A DNA stretch of 55,748 nt from Nanobdellota archaeon. Lineage in GTDB: Archaea; Nanobdellota; Nanobdellia; Parvarchaeales; Parvarchaeaceae. This document shows, piece after piece, positions 1 through 9,247 of this stretch. The stretch spans positions 1 through 55,748 of the forward strand of contig JAJZMG010000040.1 of the NCBI GenBank assembly GCA_021798355.1, in the 5' to 3' direction. Below the pieces are notes generated by a model, which was not told where the DNA came from, ran no database searches, and saw nothing but the letters and a program-made list of their open reading frames with translations. Numbering within the stretch: the first letter of the stretch is position 1; every line of letters begins with the position of its first letter. A program made the translations under genes and the position numbers.

Positions 1-1928
1 CCAATTGCCTTAATTATCCAGGAAGTTGCTGGATTAGAGACTGGTGGATTAGGATATGCTATCCCTCCAGAATAGCCTTCCTGATAATTCATTACAACAT
101 TAGACTCGGTAGTTCCAGCAACATCCTGCGAACTGCCTAAAACAGAAGTATAAAATGAAGCCGTTGATGATGACATTGCTGCGCATGAATTTATAGTCAC
201 TCCATTGTTTAGAGTCGCTGCATATACGTTGTTTTGATAACTGCCACTATCACATGTCCCGCTAGGGTCATAATAGATTTGATATTCTAATCCTTTATTC
301 ATTACGTTGACTATATTGTCATACTCTCCGTAAGTTGGGGAAAGCTGTGGTGCCTCTCCCACGGTTTTTCCATTGAAAAGATTTAAGTTGGTTGATGCAA
401 AACCCATAAATGCATTTATTGATGAATTTGCAGGTATTCTTCCAATCTTAAGCCAATAAATTGCATTTTTTGATGAACTATTACCGCTTTCTAACCATGA
501 AGGTATAATTGTACCATTGCTATATAAAAATTCTATATTATCCAAATTTGGTGCTTCTAAGGCCGAGTATCTGCTAGCATTCATAATAATCTCTTGTTGA
601 AATGGATTCGGTGTTGCAATATTTTGATGGTTAATTATCGTTAATGGAGCTACATACCCTATCCCAGCAGGGGTATTTAATATCTGTACGCTTGGCATTA
701 CGCCGTTTGGAGGATAAGCGCGAAATCTAAACCATTTCATATTTATACTTTGCCCTGCCGTGTTAACATAAACACCAATAGGAAACGGTAAACTAACCAA
801 ATCAGACCCAGAGCTAACTAAATTTTTGTAATTGATGAAGCCGTAATCTTTAGATTGCGTTGCGGCAACAGAAAAGACATTATAATTATTATTAAATGAA
901 GTTATCTGTGTTAAATTTACCGGTGGACAGCCCGCAAAGTTAACTAAATAAAATTCCGGTGTGGAAGCCGCGGAGGTTTCACAATTACTTCCTTCGCCGA
1001 ATGTACCTACTAGTCGCCCATCTTCTTGTACTCCATTAGAGTATCCTCCATAAGAATTTATATTGCCGCCAGTATGTGGCGTACCGAGAAATTGTGCATA
1101 AAAGTCAACCACCCCTCTGTTATAAGAACTAATCGAAGTTATAGATGATGATACATTTTTAATAAAAATGCCATTGTCAACGACATATATTCCTGCAGCA
1201 GACCATTTTGAGGCATTTAAACTCGTTCCCTTAAAGTCACTATAGAAGTTGAATACGTTTGCTCCGTCATCATACTCTGCATATGTAGAAGATAACTGCG
1301 GAGCTTCTCCAGTTGTCTTATTGTTTAAAAGATTAGTTTTTTTGTTCGCAAATTTCATGTATATAGTCATAGTTCCCTCTGCAGGAATAGAGGGTACCTT
1401 TACCCACCAAATGGCATAATTTGAGTTGTAAGACTCCAACCAAGAGGGTATAACACTGTTGTTATCATATACAAACTCTACGTTTTGTCCGAAAGAAGTA
1501 GTATTTACATAATTATCAATAGAAGAAATAGAGATATTTATCATCTGTTGAAAAGGATTAGGCGTTGCAATATTTTGGTAATTTGTTATTAACAACGGTA
1601 TGCTCTCTGCCAAGTTGTTTATCGCTAGGTTGTTTGTGTTAACACCCTGATTAGTTATGTTAAGATTTTGGAAAAATTTGCTGTATATACCCTCTATCGT
1701 CGAATTGAACACGGCATTCGTAGCATTCGATGGGTTTATCGTTGCTATCTGTGACATTACATTCAAAAAATTATAATACTCTAATTTAGGTAAATTGTAA
1801 GCTTGTATAAGTGAATTTACATTTTCATTTGTATTGAGATTTGCAGATTCTATCCCCAATATCGTTATAATAGCAAGTATAAGGAACAGGGAAAAGAATA
1901 TGGTTATCATCTGCGCTTTATTGTTCAT
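1..1928 (-). CDS. Secreted/cell-surface protein, 3'-truncated by the window edge (at least 642 aa). N-terminal signal/anchor helix followed by two DUF2341-like plus ConA/LamG-like modules.
   Basis: I translated the reverse strand by hand. It is open from the ATG at 1928-1926 (MNNKAQMITIFFSLFLILAIITILG...) to position 3 with no stop. The ORF track omits it because there is no stop in the window. The motif series QNIATPNPFQQ / N(V/I)EF.Y / IPSWLES / AI(W/Y)W(V/L)K / GEAPQLS.TY.EYD occurs twice. Confidence 0.75.
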   Translation of the reverse strand, partial: MNNKAQMITIFFSLFLILAIITILGIESANLNTNENVNSLIQAYNLPKLEYYNFLNVMSQIATINPSNATNAVFNSTIEGIYSKFFQNLNITNQGVNTNNLAINNLAESIPLLITNYQNIATPNPFQQMINISISSIDNYVNTTSFGQNVEFVYDNNSVIPSWLESYNSNYAIWWVKVPSIPAEGTMTIYMKFANKKTNLLNNKTTGEAPQLSSTYAEYDDGANVFNFYSDFKGTSLNASKWSAAGIYVVDNGIFIKNVSSSITSISSYNRGVVDFYAQFLGTPHTGGNINSYGGYSNGVQEDGRLVGTFGEGSNCETSAASTPEFYLVNFAGCPPVNLTQITSFNNNYNVFSVAATQSKDYGFINYKNLVSSGSDLVSLPFPIGVYVNTAGQSINMKWFRFRAYPPNGVMPSVQILNTPAGIGYVAPLTIINHQNIATPNPFQQEIIMNASRYSALEAPNLDNIEFLYSNGTIIPSWLESGNSSSKNAIYWLKIGRIPANSSINAFMGFASTNLNLFNGKTVGEAPQLSPTYGEYDNIVNVMNKGLEYQIYYDPSGTCDSGSYQNNVYAATLNNGVTINSCAAMSSSTASFYTSVLGSSQDVAGTTESNVVMNYQEGYSGGIAYPNPPVSNPATSWIIKAI

Positions 1929-1968
1929 ATATAATTTATATATCCAGCTTTTATAAATTATAAAGCAT
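1929..1968. promoter_or_regulatory. 40-nt bidirectional promoter spacer between divergent start codons. The mRNAs are probably leaderless or near-leaderless.
   Basis: TATA-like AATTTATATAT (1933-1943) lies about 26-36 nt upstream of the elp3 ATG (1969). TTTATAAA (1950-1957) lies about 22-29 nt upstream of the reverse-strand ATG (1928). There is no room for 5' UTRs with SD sites. Confidence 0.35.
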
Positions 1969-3546
1969 ATGGATTATTACAATAAACAGGAAAGCCTAGC
2001 CGGTTTTATGCCTCTGTTCAAAAAAGAGATAGAAGAAGGCAGAATAAGAAACAAAAAAGAGCTTCTTGCTTTAAAGAGAGAGATATGCAGACAGATTGGT
2101 ATGGATAATATACCCAAGAATGGCGAGATACTGAATCATTTTTCACAAGAAGAGCGGGAAAAATATGCTGGTATAATGGTTTCAAAGCCTGTACGGGTAC
2201 TTTCTGGGGTAAATGTAGTTGCAATAATGACAAAGCCATACGATTGTCCGCATGGTACGTGCATATTCTGTCCAGGCGGTACAAATTTCAATACGCCGCA
2301 AAGTTACACAGGCTTTGAGCCTGCAGCTAGGAGAGCATTGATGAACAATTATGACTCTTACAGGCAGGTTACCGCAAGGCTTAAGCATTATATTTTTATG
2401 GGTTATGCTCCGCAGAAAATAGAAGTAATAGTTATAGGTGGGACGTTTACGACTTTACCGAAGGATTACGTAACTGATTACGTTACAAACGTTTACAAGG
2501 CAATGAACGAATTTTACGGCGAAAAGGTAGAGGGCGGGATCGAAGAGCAGAAGCAGTTTAACGAAACCGCGCGAATAAGGTGCGTTGCGTTTGCAGCAGA
2601 GACAAAGCCTGAAAGATGCTCAAATGAGGATATAGAAAGAATGCTAGATTTCGGTATAACAAGGGTCGAGATGGGAGTTCAAAGCATTTACAATGAAGTT
2701 CTGCTTAAGAATAACCGAGGGCATACAATAGGAGATGTTATCGATGCCAGTAGGCGCCTTAAGAATTACGGATATAAAGTCGATTATCATATAATGCTCA
2801 ATCTGCCGTTTTCAGATAAAGACAAAGACAGGGAAACGATTGAGCAAATATATAATAATGAAGATTTCAAACCAGATGCAATAAAGATATACCCTACATT
2901 GGTTATCCGCGGGACAGGATTATATGAGATGTGGAAAAGGGGTAAGTATAACCCGTACCCTGTCGAAGAGGTTGTTGATGCAATAGCAGAAGCAGAAATA
3001 AATGCTCCTAATTGGCTGAGGATAATGAGGATTGAACGGGATATACCCTCAACCTTCATAGAAAATGGAATAAAGGTTACCAATCTTAGACAGCTTATTG
3101 ACATGAAAATAGCAAGTATGGGAAAAAGGGCAAATGATATAAGGAGCAGGGAGATAGGGCATGTAAAGCTTTTGAAGCCGATGAAAATAGAATTAAACAG
3201 AGAGAATTATAGGTCGGCAAACGGAGATGAAGTTTTTCTAAGCGTGGATGACAGCAACAACAAGGCTATAATTGCATTTTTGAGATTAAGGATACCCGAC
3301 AAATTAAATGAGGCTTTTGTAAGGGAATTGCATGTTTACGGTGAACATCTAAATATAAATTATAGCAATGATAAAGCGTTTCAGCACAGAGGATTCGGCA
3401 AAGAATTGCTTTCTGAAGCGGAAAGGATAACAAAAGAAGAGTATTCAATAAATAAGATAAATGTTATATCAGGTGTAGGAGTACGCGAGTATTACAGAAA
3501 TCTTGGGTACAAAAGACATAAGTGGTACATGTCGAAGGAGCTTTAA
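1969..3546 (+). CDS. elp3: Elp3-type radical-SAM/GNAT tRNA U34 modification enzyme (archaeal Elongator protein 3 homolog)
   Basis: 525 aa. Radical SAM cysteine cluster CPHGTCIFCPGG, TIM-barrel core (IGGTFT, RVEMGVQS) and a C-terminal acetyltransferase-like segment (QHRGFGKELL). Length is typical of archaeal Elp3. Confidence 0.9.
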   Translation: MDYYNKQESLAGFMPLFKKEIEEGRIRNKKELLALKREICRQIGMDNIPKNGEILNHFSQEEREKYAGIMVSKPVRVLSGVNVVAIMTKPYDCPHGTCIFCPGGTNFNTPQSYTGFEPAARRALMNNYDSYRQVTARLKHYIFMGYAPQKIEVIVIGGTFTTLPKDYVTDYVTNVYKAMNEFYGEKVEGGIEEQKQFNETARIRCVAFAAETKPERCSNEDIERMLDFGITRVEMGVQSIYNEVLLKNNRGHTIGDVIDASRRLKNYGYKVDYHIMLNLPFSDKDKDRETIEQIYNNEDFKPDAIKIYPTLVIRGTGLYEMWKRGKYNPYPVEEVVDAIAEAEINAPNWLRIMRIERDIPSTFIENGIKVTNLRQLIDMKIASMGKRANDIRSREIGHVKLLKPMKIELNRENYRSANGDEVFLSVDDSNNKAIIAFLRLRIPDKLNEAFVRELHVYGEHLNINYSNDKAFQHRGFGKELLSEAERITKEEYSINKINVISGVGVREYYRNLGYKRHKWYMSKEL

Positions 3547-4062
3547 ATGGAAGACGAAATATTGATGAACGGAAAGAAGGCAAAGGAGATAGTAAGGCAG
3601 AAAAAGCTGCTGGAAAAGATAAAGCAGCATGGAGTTACTTTGGAATTTGAAGAGAATATGGTTTATATAAATGGAAGCAGTGCACTAGAAGTTTTGTCCG
3701 TTAAAAATGTAGTAAATGCTTTTAACAGGGGCTTTGACTCCGCGATATCATCTCTTCTGCTAGATGATGATTATGATCTTGTTGTAATAAGCCTGAGGGA
3801 TTTCAGTAATTCCGAGAAAAGAGCGATGCAGCTAAAAGGAAGGGTGATAGGCACAAGGGGAATGATAAAGCAGAGATTGATGAAGGAAACAGGGTGCTAC
3901 ATAAATGTTTATGGGAAAACTATAAGTATCATTGGACAAATACAGAATTTGTCTATTGCCCAGTCTGCAATAGAAATGATTTTAAATGGCGCGAAACATG
4001 ATAATGTGTTTTCAATGATAAACAAAAGGAAGGTAGAGGTGTATTTGAATGGAAATCGCTGA
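3547..4062 (+). CDS. KH-domain RNA-binding protein (archaeal Pno1/Dim2-like)
   Basis: 171 aa. KH-type motif GRVIGTRGMIKQRLMKETGCYINVYGKTISIIG. Its start abuts the elp3 stop (TAAATG). Confidence 0.7.
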   Translation: MEDEILMNGKKAKEIVRQKKLLEKIKQHGVTLEFEENMVYINGSSALEVLSVKNVVNAFNRGFDSAISSLLLDDDYDLVVISLRDFSNSEKRAMQLKGRVIGTRGMIKQRLMKETGCYINVYGKTISIIGQIQNLSIAQSAIEMILNGAKHDNVFSMINKRKVEVYLNGNR

Positions 4063-5914
4063 GGAACTCGCAAAAGGACAGAGAGCAATAAGTGTCACCG
4101 AATTCTTTGAAAAAAATAGACATTTGCTTGGTTTTGACAATAAGCAAAAAGCTCTGCTTACTTGTGTTAAAGAAGCTGTTGATAATTCATTGGATGCATG
4201 TGAAGAGCTTGGACACATGCAGGAAAAGAACAAAGAAAAGGTAACTTTGCCAGAGATAACTGTAGACGTAAAAGCATTAAGTGACAATTACCAGTTGCTT
4301 GACGAGAAGCAGAACATCGGCCAGTTGATAGTAAGAAAAAACGAGTTTACGGTTCTTTATAAAGGAAAAAGTGAATCAAAGCAGATAAGGGCAGGCAAAT
4401 TAAGCATCTCATTTGAAGACGTTACGTTTGACATATCAGAAAGCAACGACAAGCTTTTGGTGCTAATGAATGGAAAGCAGTTGAGATTAAAGAAAAACGC
4501 GCCAATATTCCTTATAAAGATAACGGATAACGGGCCAGGTATACTTTCGTCAAAAATTCCAGACATTTTTGGAAGGATGCTTTATGGTAGCAAGTTTCAG
4601 TCTATGAAACAGAGCAGAGGACAGCAGGGCATAGGGATACACTCTGCAGTCCTTTATTCTCAGCTTACAACGGGAAAACCGGCAAAGATTATTTCTAAGA
4701 TAAAAAGCGCGAAGAAAGCAAAGATGATGAAGGTTCAGATAAACATACTAAAAAACGAGCCGGAAGTCATTGAGGAAAGCGATGAAGATTATCCATATGA
4801 GTCCGGCACAAGTATCGAATTGGAGATAGAGGGATTATACATAAGTGGAAACAAAGGACTAGACGAATATGTAAGGAGAACGGCTTTGGTAAATCCACAT
4901 GCAACTTTGAGTTACATTAATCCAAATGGCGAGAAAGTCACATATAAAAGAGTAATAGAATCGTTACCAAAGGAGCCTTTATCCATAAAGCCGCACCCAG
5001 AGGGGCTGGAAATAGGTATATTCATGCGCATCCTCAAAAATTCCACTGAAAGAACTGTTGCGTCGGTTTTAGAGAATGAATTGTCAAGAGTGAGCAGGGC
5101 AGTTGCTGATCAAACATTAAAAAGTGCCGGCATAGACACAAAGACAAAACCGCAGGAGATTGACAGGGTGCAGGCAAATTCTATACTGAAGGCGCTGCAG
5201 TCCCTCGACTTGATGAGGCCGCAGACTGATTGTTTGTCACCAATCGGTGGAGAAGAACTAGAAAAGAGTCTGAAAAAAGAATACTCTCCAGAGTTTGTAA
5301 AATCAGTTACTAGAAAACCGGAGGTTTACAGGGGAATGCCCTTTCAGATAGAGGTAGCTGCAGCCTATGGCGGAAAGATACAAACTGATAAGGCAATTTT
5401 AATGAGGTTCGCAAACAAGATACCTTTGCTGTTTGATTCTTCGTCATGCGCGTTGACTCAAAGCTTTTTGGGTGTAGACTATGCGCGTTATGGCTTAAAA
5501 GTGGAGAATAAGGTGCCGATAGGACAGTTGGTGTTTATAATCCACATAGCATCTGTATGGGTTCCTTATACAAACGAAAGTAAGAATTCAGTCGCAAGCT
5601 ATTCAATTATAACTAAGGAGATAAAGCTTGCGTTGCAGGAGCTTGTAAGAACGCTTTCCGTGTTTCTCAATAGGAAGCATAAAAGCAGCCTATTCCAGGA
5701 AAGGATAAGCCTGTTTGACAAGTACGGCGTAGAATTGGCATATTCGCTTTCAAAATTAACGGATATAGAAGAGAAAAAGATAAAGACAAAGATAGAGGGC
5801 CTTCTTGAAAAGAAAAAGGAAGAGGTTAAAGCGAACGTGGAGGAAAGCCTTAGTAAGGGAGACGTTATATCAAGCAAGATAGAATCCGATACGTCTACAG
5901 AAGAGGAGGAATAA
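4049..5914 (+). CDS. top6B: DNA topoisomerase VI subunit B (GHKL/Bergerat ATPase), with an expanded N-box to G1-box segment
   Basis: 621 aa. N-box EAVDNSLDA, G1 box DNGPGI, FGRMLYGSKF, RGQQGIGI, transducer region. Sits directly upstream of top6A. Confidence 0.9.
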   Translation: MEIAEELAKGQRAISVTEFFEKNRHLLGFDNKQKALLTCVKEAVDNSLDACEELGHMQEKNKEKVTLPEITVDVKALSDNYQLLDEKQNIGQLIVRKNEFTVLYKGKSESKQIRAGKLSISFEDVTFDISESNDKLLVLMNGKQLRLKKNAPIFLIKITDNGPGILSSKIPDIFGRMLYGSKFQSMKQSRGQQGIGIHSAVLYSQLTTGKPAKIISKIKSAKKAKMMKVQINILKNEPEVIEESDEDYPYESGTSIELEIEGLYISGNKGLDEYVRRTALVNPHATLSYINPNGEKVTYKRVIESLPKEPLSIKPHPEGLEIGIFMRILKNSTERTVASVLENELSRVSRAVADQTLKSAGIDTKTKPQEIDRVQANSILKALQSLDLMRPQTDCLSPIGGEELEKSLKKEYSPEFVKSVTRKPEVYRGMPFQIEVAAAYGGKIQTDKAILMRFANKIPLLFDSSSCALTQSFLGVDYARYGLKVENKVPIGQLVFIIHIASVWVPYTNESKNSVASYSIITKEIKLALQELVRTLSVFLNRKHKSSLFQERISLFDKYGVELAYSLSKLTDIEEKKIKTKIEGLLEKKKEEVKANVEESLSKGDVISSKIESDTSTEEEE

Positions 5915-5916
5915 AT

Positions 5917-7020
5917 ATGGACAGTAAGGAAATCGAAGAATCAAGGAAAAAGAGATTAGGCGTACTTGAGAAGCTTGGGAAGGATGTTTACCAACAGATA
6001 GAAAAGGGAGATAATCCTTATCTGACTTTACCCGTAAGAGGTTTATCAAACGTAAAATACGATACAGAAAGCAGGATGATTACATTGGGCAGCGGTTTAT
6101 CCAGAAGGTATTTTTTAAACGTCGGTCATGTAAGAAAATTCATACAGACAATGGCAATGGCTGCCGTAAGCAGAGAACTTATAAAAAACGATAAACACAC
6201 AAGTTTAAGGTCTGCCTTCTACCAAGTAAGAAGAACAATTCCTGGAACAAAGATAGACGTAGTTGATGACCAGATAGAGACAAATAAGGCAATAGAGGAT
6301 CTGGAACTCATAACTGACCTAACAAGAGAGCAGCTAAATATAAATGCAAATAAGAACGGCGCTGTTGCGGGAGAAGTAACAATAGAAGATAGAGGGGATA
6401 TAATAGACTGGTCCAAAATGGGAAGTGGTGGATGGGCCGTCCCAAGTAACGTAGAGGACCTTATATTCAGAAAGGTTGACGCTAAATTTGTAATATACAT
6501 GGAAAAAGCGACTATATGGGACAGACTTAATGAAGATAAGGCTTGGAAGAAGCTGCACTGCATTATAATAGCAAGCCAGGGACAGGCAACAAGAGGGATA
6601 AGAAGATTGATTCAAAGACTTAGCAGAGAGCACAATCTTCCAGTTTACGTTTTAACCGACGGAGACATTTGGGGAGTTTACATTTATTCCGCCATTAAAT
6701 TCGGTTCAATTGCATTAGCGCATGTTTCGGACAAACTTTCCTTGCCAGAAGCAAAGTTTATGGGATTGACAATGGAGGATATAGACAAATACGGATTGAG
6801 AAGGCATCTTATCAAATTTAAAGATGTTGACATGGCTAGAATAAAGCAGATTAAAAATTATGACTGGTTCAAAAATAATAAGAAATGGATGGAAGAACTT
6901 GATAAAATGGAGAAATTGGGCGCTAAAGTAGAGTTAGATGCATTTACCGCAAAAGGATTGTCATTCATGACGGAGACTTATCTTCCTGAAAAATTGAAAG
7001 ATAAGAATTTTTTAGACTGA
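5917..7020 (+). CDS. top6A: DNA topoisomerase VI subunit A (Spo11 family)
   Basis: 367 aa. Catalytic-Tyr region LRSAFYQVR, Toprim acidic motif YVLTDGDIWG. Adjacent to top6B. Confidence 0.92.
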   Translation: MDSKEIEESRKKRLGVLEKLGKDVYQQIEKGDNPYLTLPVRGLSNVKYDTESRMITLGSGLSRRYFLNVGHVRKFIQTMAMAAVSRELIKNDKHTSLRSAFYQVRRTIPGTKIDVVDDQIETNKAIEDLELITDLTREQLNINANKNGAVAGEVTIEDRGDIIDWSKMGSGGWAVPSNVEDLIFRKVDAKFVIYMEKATIWDRLNEDKAWKKLHCIIIASQGQATRGIRRLIQRLSREHNLPVYVLTDGDIWGVYIYSAIKFGSIALAHVSDKLSLPEAKFMGLTMEDIDKYGLRRHLIKFKDVDMARIKQIKNYDWFKNNKKWMEELDKMEKLGAKVELDAFTAKGLSFMTETYLPEKLKDKNFLD

Positions 7021-7054
7021 TTTTGCAATCTTATACTAAAATGCGGTCTAAGGC

Positions 7055-7360
7055 TTATATTCCTAGTTCGGCCCTTGCTTCATCAGTCATTTTATCTTTA
7101 GTCCAAGGCGGATCAAATGTTATGTCTAAATCTACTTTTGTAGCTCCTGAAAAATCTATTACTTTTCCTTTTATATCCTCAACTAAATAATCTGTGACAG
7201 GGCAGAAGGGAGAGGTTAAAGTCATCGTTATCTTAACCTCCGTTCCATTTATCTCTATTTTGTAAATTAACCCTAAATCATAAATGTTGGCAGGTATCTC
7301 CGGATCAAAGCACTGTTTCAGTCCCTTTACAACATCCTCTTCTTTTACCTTGACTTCCAT
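7055..7360 (-). CDS. DUF59/MIP18-family Fe-S cluster assembly protein (SufT/PaaD-like)
   Basis: 101 aa. Characteristic DPEIPANIYDLGLIY ... TLTSPFCP motif. Confidence 0.8.
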   Translation of the reverse strand: MEVKVKEEDVVKGLKQCFDPEIPANIYDLGLIYKIEINGTEVKITMTLTSPFCPVTDYLVEDIKGKVIDFSGATKVDLDITFDPPWTKDKMTDEARAELGI

Positions 7361-7407
7361 TTCCTATTTAATTCACAACAGTTTAAATATTTTATAACGG
7401 TGTTATA

Positions 7408-8283
7408 TCAAATAAATTTTATAAGAAAGTACAATCCAAGAAAAGCAAACTGCATCGGCCCTATTGCAGCCATTGCAGGGTAGGCCTTTCCTTTCTTGCC
7501 CAAGAACAATATTATTGACAACCCAATTACCGCGCCTATTATTGCAAATATCCCCGAAAGAAGATTATAATGAAGGAAAAACTCATTTGCAAGAATTGCG
7601 GGGAAAGCCATATCTCCGCCGCCAAGAAAAATCTCCTGCCGCTTTGCCTTTTTTGCCATTAAAGATATCCCACCAAAGGAATTGCCGGAAAATGCCTTTG
7701 CAAGCGTCAGCATGTGCTTTGTTATGAATACAGAAATGTAGTCATATACGCTTATGATTGCAATAAGTATCAATGCTGTTATTATGTTTAAGTACAGGGA
7801 TATTACGGCAGAGATGGATACGAATAAAATTATGTTTAAAACGTCTTTTGCGTATTTCCCTGCGTACTTAAAGTAGTATACTGTAAGTATGACCGGAAGA
7901 ATATAGACTAAAAGTGAAAAGGTAGCAAGTAAACTGCTATTAGAATTTAAATTGCCGTGCAAAGGGAAAACGTATATGTCAAGCAGGAGCAGGTCGAAAA
8001 AGGCATACATTACAAACAAAAACAAAAGTATGATAACGATGTTTATTATCTTTAATTTTTTATATTTTACAAGCAGTAATATTATTGCAGTAGGTATAAG
8101 TAAACCTGCAATTATTATGTAAACCAGATAGTAAAACGGAGAAGTAACATTGTAGTTTATCCCGGTCTGCAGCGAAATGACTGAAAACAACTTTAGATTT
8201 ACATCTGCGAAAAAGCCGCTTGCTATAAGGACTATTGTAAATATAGCTAAAAGTAGCAGTGCTATTTTAATATTTGTCTTCAT
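7408..8283 (-). CDS. Presenilin/signal-peptide-peptidase-like intramembrane aspartyl protease (A22 family, archaeal PSH type)
   Basis: 291 aa polytopic membrane protein. Carries the YD motif (SVYDYISVF), the GxGD motif (FLGGGDMAFP) and a PAL-like motif (YPAMAAIGP) in the canonical order. Confidence 0.75.
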   Translation of the reverse strand: MKTNIKIALLLLAIFTIVLIASGFFADVNLKLFSVISLQTGINYNVTSPFYYLVYIIIAGLLIPTAIILLLVKYKKLKIINIVIILLFLFVMYAFFDLLLLDIYVFPLHGNLNSNSSLLATFSLLVYILPVILTVYYFKYAGKYAKDVLNIILFVSISAVISLYLNIITALILIAIISVYDYISVFITKHMLTLAKAFSGNSFGGISLMAKKAKRQEIFLGGGDMAFPAILANEFFLHYNLLSGIFAIIGAVIGLSIILFLGKKGKAYPAMAAIGPMQFAFLGLYFLIKFI

Positions 8284-8301
8284 ATACTTCTTAATTCGTC
8301 T

Positions 8302-8964
8302 TTATATTATACTATTTGTTTTCTGGTCGTACAATGCGGAACATATAAGCATCGCAATTCTTGGGTTTCCCTTTGCTTTCTTATATATTTTTTCATATTC
8401 TGCCTCAGTAAAAGGCTCAAGAGAATCTGATTTAGTAGTTCTTACCAAATTTAACCGGTTTATTATTACCTGCTTTAAATCTTCCTTTGACATGCCTTCC
8501 AACTGGTATTTTTTGAACGGTTTGCTTTGAGTTTTAAGTTCTTTTTCAATACCTTCATCCCTGTTCTCTACTAATAAAACCGCGGCTTTTTGGCCAAGAC
8601 CATACAGCAAATCTATAACTCTCTGTTGATTTAATTTATCTAGCATCTCTATATTATTGAAATCATCTAGTTCTATAAACATCCTTTTTGCAGGAGTAAT
8701 GCTTAAACCTCTAAGCTTAGTGTAAACCGCAGGGGTAAATTCCTCTTTTATTACATATAAATTCTTGGATTTTCTAAGCTCTTTTTCAACCACGTTTATC
8801 AATGTGCTTTTACCCATCCCAGGTGCACCTTTAAGTATAATTATACAGCCGTGTTCCAGGGCCTCATTTATAAGCATTAGCAAATCTATCTTTTCAGTAA
8901 CTCTATCTACTATGACATCGTTATCAGAGTAAGTTATGCTTATAAAGGGATTATCTCTTGCCAT
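8302..8964 (-). CDS. Small P-loop NTPase (AAA+/AAA_22-like, ExeA/Orc-like core without a winged helix)
   Basis: Walker A GAPGMGKST, Walker B FIELDDF, sensor-like GNPRIA near the C-terminus. The ATG at 8964 is preferred over the TTG at 8970. Confidence 0.6.
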   Translation of the reverse strand: MARDNPFISITYSDNDVIVDRVTEKIDLLMLINEALEHGCIIILKGAPGMGKSTLINVVEKELRKSKNLYVIKEEFTPAVYTKLRGLSITPAKRMFIELDDFNNIEMLDKLNQQRVIDLLYGLGQKAAVLLVENRDEGIEKELKTQSKPFKKYQLEGMSKEDLKQVIINRLNLVRTTKSDSLEPFTEAEYEKIYKKAKGNPRIAMLICSALYDQKTNSII

Positions 8965-9049
8965 AAACAATAAAGAGATATGACAAAGTATTATATTAAT
9001 AGTTTTAAAAACAAATGATTTAAGCTAAAAAATCTTTAAGTCTTGGATA

Positions 9050-9123
9050 GCCCTCGTAGTTTAGCTTGGACAGAATACCGGTTTCCTAAACCGGGCACCC
9101 AGGTTCAAATCCTGGCGAGGGCA
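9050..9123 (+). tRNA. tRNA-Arg (anticodon CCU)
   Basis: Hand-folded cloverleaf. Acceptor GCCCTCG/CGAGGGC, anticodon stem CCGGT/ACCGG with loop TTCCTAA, T-arm CCAGG-TTCAAAT-CCTGG, discriminator A. GC-rich island in an AT-rich spacer. Confidence 0.9.
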
Positions 9124-9247
9124 TTTAAAGTTCATGCAGAAGTTGTTTCGGTTCTTGGAAGATAACAGCCAATTTTTAATGCGAGCTGCTCCAAAAGACT
9201 GGATATGCACAGTATTGCGTACAGGCTCATTGAAATAAGTATTTATA

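Noticed and set aside
9124-9247. Possible attachment site or small gene downstream of tRNA-Arg
   Set aside because: I found no repeat of the tRNA 3' end in the following 1.5 kb. The only reverse-strand ORF is ~31 aa without features.
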